Source: a virus. Taken from it: 64,000 nucleotides of DNA. The notes under the pieces are model-generated. The model saw only the letters and a program-made list of their open reading frames with translations. It searched no databases and was not told where the DNA came from. Positions 62,295 through 64,000 of this stretch are shown in pieces. A program made the position numbers and the translations under genes. Numbering within the stretch: position 1 is the first letter of the stretch; the number at the start of each line of letters is the position of its first letter. Location of the stretch: positions 32,001 through 96,000 of the IMG/VR virus record IMGVR_UViG_3300047444_000617. The stretch is one strand, 5' to 3'.

Positions 62295-63435
62295 TTATGT
62301 CCTCCAGAATGCTGCTCTCCCAAAACTGCTTATCGCGCAGTACAGCCGGGACAGCGTTGAATTTGAAGCGCTTGTTCGCATCGCTTTTAAAGGTTACCGT
62401 GTACGGCTGGTCTCTTTCTGCATCCACGGTGGTGGTGAAGAGCAGGCCGGAATTCGAGGAGGACCGGTTGATTATGTGCTTCGTCCCGGTAACCATCCAT
62501 CTGCCTGAACGGTCGGAGGACACCGCTGTTCCGCCAATGCCGATAAGCGTCCCCGGCGACACCTTGGCGGTGCCGTACAGTGTGGCTTCCATCGTGATCC
62601 AGCCACGCGAGGCGAGAGTCCGCGCCTGCGCAATGGCCTGTGCGTCCGCATAGTTGGTGACCGACCGGGAGGTGTTGATGGTGTTGAGGAACGTCGTCGT
62701 TCCCGCGTCGGCGCCCACGGATGCCTTGATGACCTTTCCGGTCTTGGCGTCCAGCCCGGAAATAGTCGATGTGCCAGTCGTTCCATTTGACCGGGGCACC
62801 ATTGTCCCGGTGAGGATCGACATATCCTGGAGGGTGTCGAATACTCCAGGGGTCTGACTCTTGGAGAATACCGGAATGTCCTGCGACTTCTGCCCGAGCA
62901 GGAGAATTCTGGGGTCAAGGAAGTAAAGGGTCGCCCCTTCGACCCAGAAACGGAATCCCGTCTCGTCGGCAAGGTCCTGCACCAGTTTGAAATCCGACAC
63001 GCCCGCCTGGGCCCAGTACGTCAGCCGTCGCAGGCTCGGTGAGATGACGGTGCGCAGCCCGTTCTCGCGGGCCACCTGCCGCACGATCGCGGTGGGCGAG
63101 GTGTTCTTCCACGAGCGCGTGCGCTGGGTGTTCATGGGCAGCGTGGTGCCGATGCACACGTAGCGGGTCGTCACGCTGCGACCGCCGGAGGACGCCAGGG
63201 CGCTGGAGTGGTGGACGTAGCCGTACCAGCGCGCGGTGTCCTGGGGAGCGCGCCCGTAGTCCAGCACCACGGGGGTCAGCTCCGCGTAGGCGGCGTTCTT
63301 GGTGGGAGGGGTGGACACGTCGAGCAGGGCCATCGAGTGCACGCCGAAGGCCTCCCGCACCTCCAGGCGCGAGAGGTACCCGGTGACCTTCTCACCGCGC
63401 ATGGACAGGTTCGCGAACGGCGTCTGCTCAGACAC
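62284..63435 (-). CDS. Baseplate hub (P2 gpD/Mu gp44-like)
   Basis: Q.GVSDFKLV..LA.ETGF.F.V....LYF; SGRWMV....H. Confidence 0.82.
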   Translation of the reverse strand: MSEQTPFANLSMRGEKVTGYLSRLEVREAFGVHSMALLDVSTPPTKNAAYAELTPVVLDYGRAPQDTARWYGYVHHSSALASSGGRSVTTRYVCIGTTLPMNTQRTRSWKNTSPTAIVRQVARENGLRTVISPSLRRLTYWAQAGVSDFKLVQDLADETGFRFWVEGATLYFLDPRILLLGQKSQDIPVFSKSQTPGVFDTLQDMSILTGTMVPRSNGTTGTSTISGLDAKTGKVIKASVGADAGTTTFLNTINTSRSVTNYADAQAIAQARTLASRGWITMEATLYGTAKVSPGTLIGIGGTAVSSDRSGRWMVTGTKHIINRSSSNSGLLFTTTVDAERDQPYTVTFKSDANKRFKFNAVPAVLRDKQFWESSILEDINVV

Positions 63436-63700
63436 TGGGGATCCTGATGATCTGCCCGGGGGTCAGGACCGTCCAGTCCATGACCTCCGGGTTGGCGTCG
63501 GCGATCTCCCACCACAGCCGGGCATCCCCGTAGTACTGCTGCGCGAGCAGGTCGATGCGGTCGGCCGACGTCAACTGGTGGTAGGTGAACCGGAAGGCCC
63601 ACTCACGCTGCTGGGACGGCACGACAGTCAGGTTGGTACCGCGCCCGGAGGAGACCAGGTTCAGCGACGACTGCGCGTACCGCGAGTTGCTGGTGATCAT
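63428..63700 (-). CDS. P2 gpX-like LysM baseplate protein
   Basis: DRIDLLAQQYYGDARLWWEIADANP...PGQIIRIP. Confidence 0.88.
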   Translation of the reverse strand: MITSNSRYAQSSLNLVSSGRGTNLTVVPSQQREWAFRFTYHQLTSADRIDLLAQQYYGDARLWWEIADANPEVMDWTVLTPGQIIRIPSV

Positions 63701-64000
63701 CGCCCGCCCTTTCCACTCGAACCACCGGCGAAGGAGTCCGGAGTCACACCGGCAGGCAGCGAGCCGAAGGCCTGGAACTCGCTGTTGCCCTTGGGCTTCG
63801 GGAGCAGTTGCAAGGTGATGGACACCTGGCAGCGGGACGGAATCATCTGCTGGGTCCAGTGGGTGTACTGGATATCCAGTTCCTGGATGACCCCGTAGTA
63901 GTTCAGCGTGTCGCCGATGATGACGTACACGGGGACATAGAGCATCGGCCCGGCCGCGTCGAAACTGAACTGCCCCTGCCGGAACGACTTGGAGGAGTCT
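63697..64000 (-). CDS. Tail tube initiator / gpU-like protein (5' end outside window)
   Basis: YYGVIQELDIQYTHW...MIPSRCQVSITL. Confidence 0.65.
   Translation of the reverse strand, partial: DSSKSFRQGQFSFDAAGPMLYVPVYVIIGDTLNYYGVIQELDIQYTHWTQQMIPSRCQVSITLQLLPKPKGNSEFQAFGSLPAGVTPDSFAGGSSGKGGR

Noticed and set aside
884-62360. Long plus-strand ORFs (e.g. 35836-37650, 53438-55891, 60405-62360)
   Set aside because: Antisense shadows of high-GC minus-strand genes; no recognisable motifs or RBS
53012-64000. Bacterial extracellular contractile injection system (eCIS) or tailocin locus
   Set aside because: Contiguous with phage replication, lysis and early genes in a single orientation; no host housekeeping genes

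Overview
The window is a 64-kb section of a high-GC, contractile-tailed (myovirus-type) actinobacteriophage genome, probably from a Streptomyces-like host. Host clues are WhiB, HrdB-type promoters, class II RNR and Rv0184/Rv0185-like genes. Essentially all real genes are on the minus strand. In transcription order (right to left): (i) baseplate and tail-fibre genes (64-53 kb); (ii) holin-like genes and an acidic AT-hook protein; (iii) a full replication/recombination module (HTH initiator with probable internal iterons, DnaC-like loader, DnaB, primase, SNF2 helicase, gp32-like SSB, PolA, NrdJ, RecA, WhiB, Cas4-like exonuclease, RNA ligase, ThyX, dNMP kinase, resolvases, SpoVS); (iv) small, probably virion-associated genes, a GH25 endolysin and an NTase/HAD/TGT-like cluster; (v) a 17.6-kb accessory/early region built from promoter cassettes. 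The most unusual signals are non-coding layers written over the genes. First, a strictly polar 8-mer, GTATGAAG (CTTCATAC on the coding strand), occurs 22 times between 20 and 62 kb; 19 copies are hidden as rare-codon Leu-His-Thr, and I saw none in the early region. Second, nine identical 15-bp start-associated elements (CCCCACACCAGGAGG) are confined to the early region. Third, an AAWCGGTA(A/G)N motif recurs inside promoters. All motif counts were made by eye, and functional calls come from motif recognition, not database searches.
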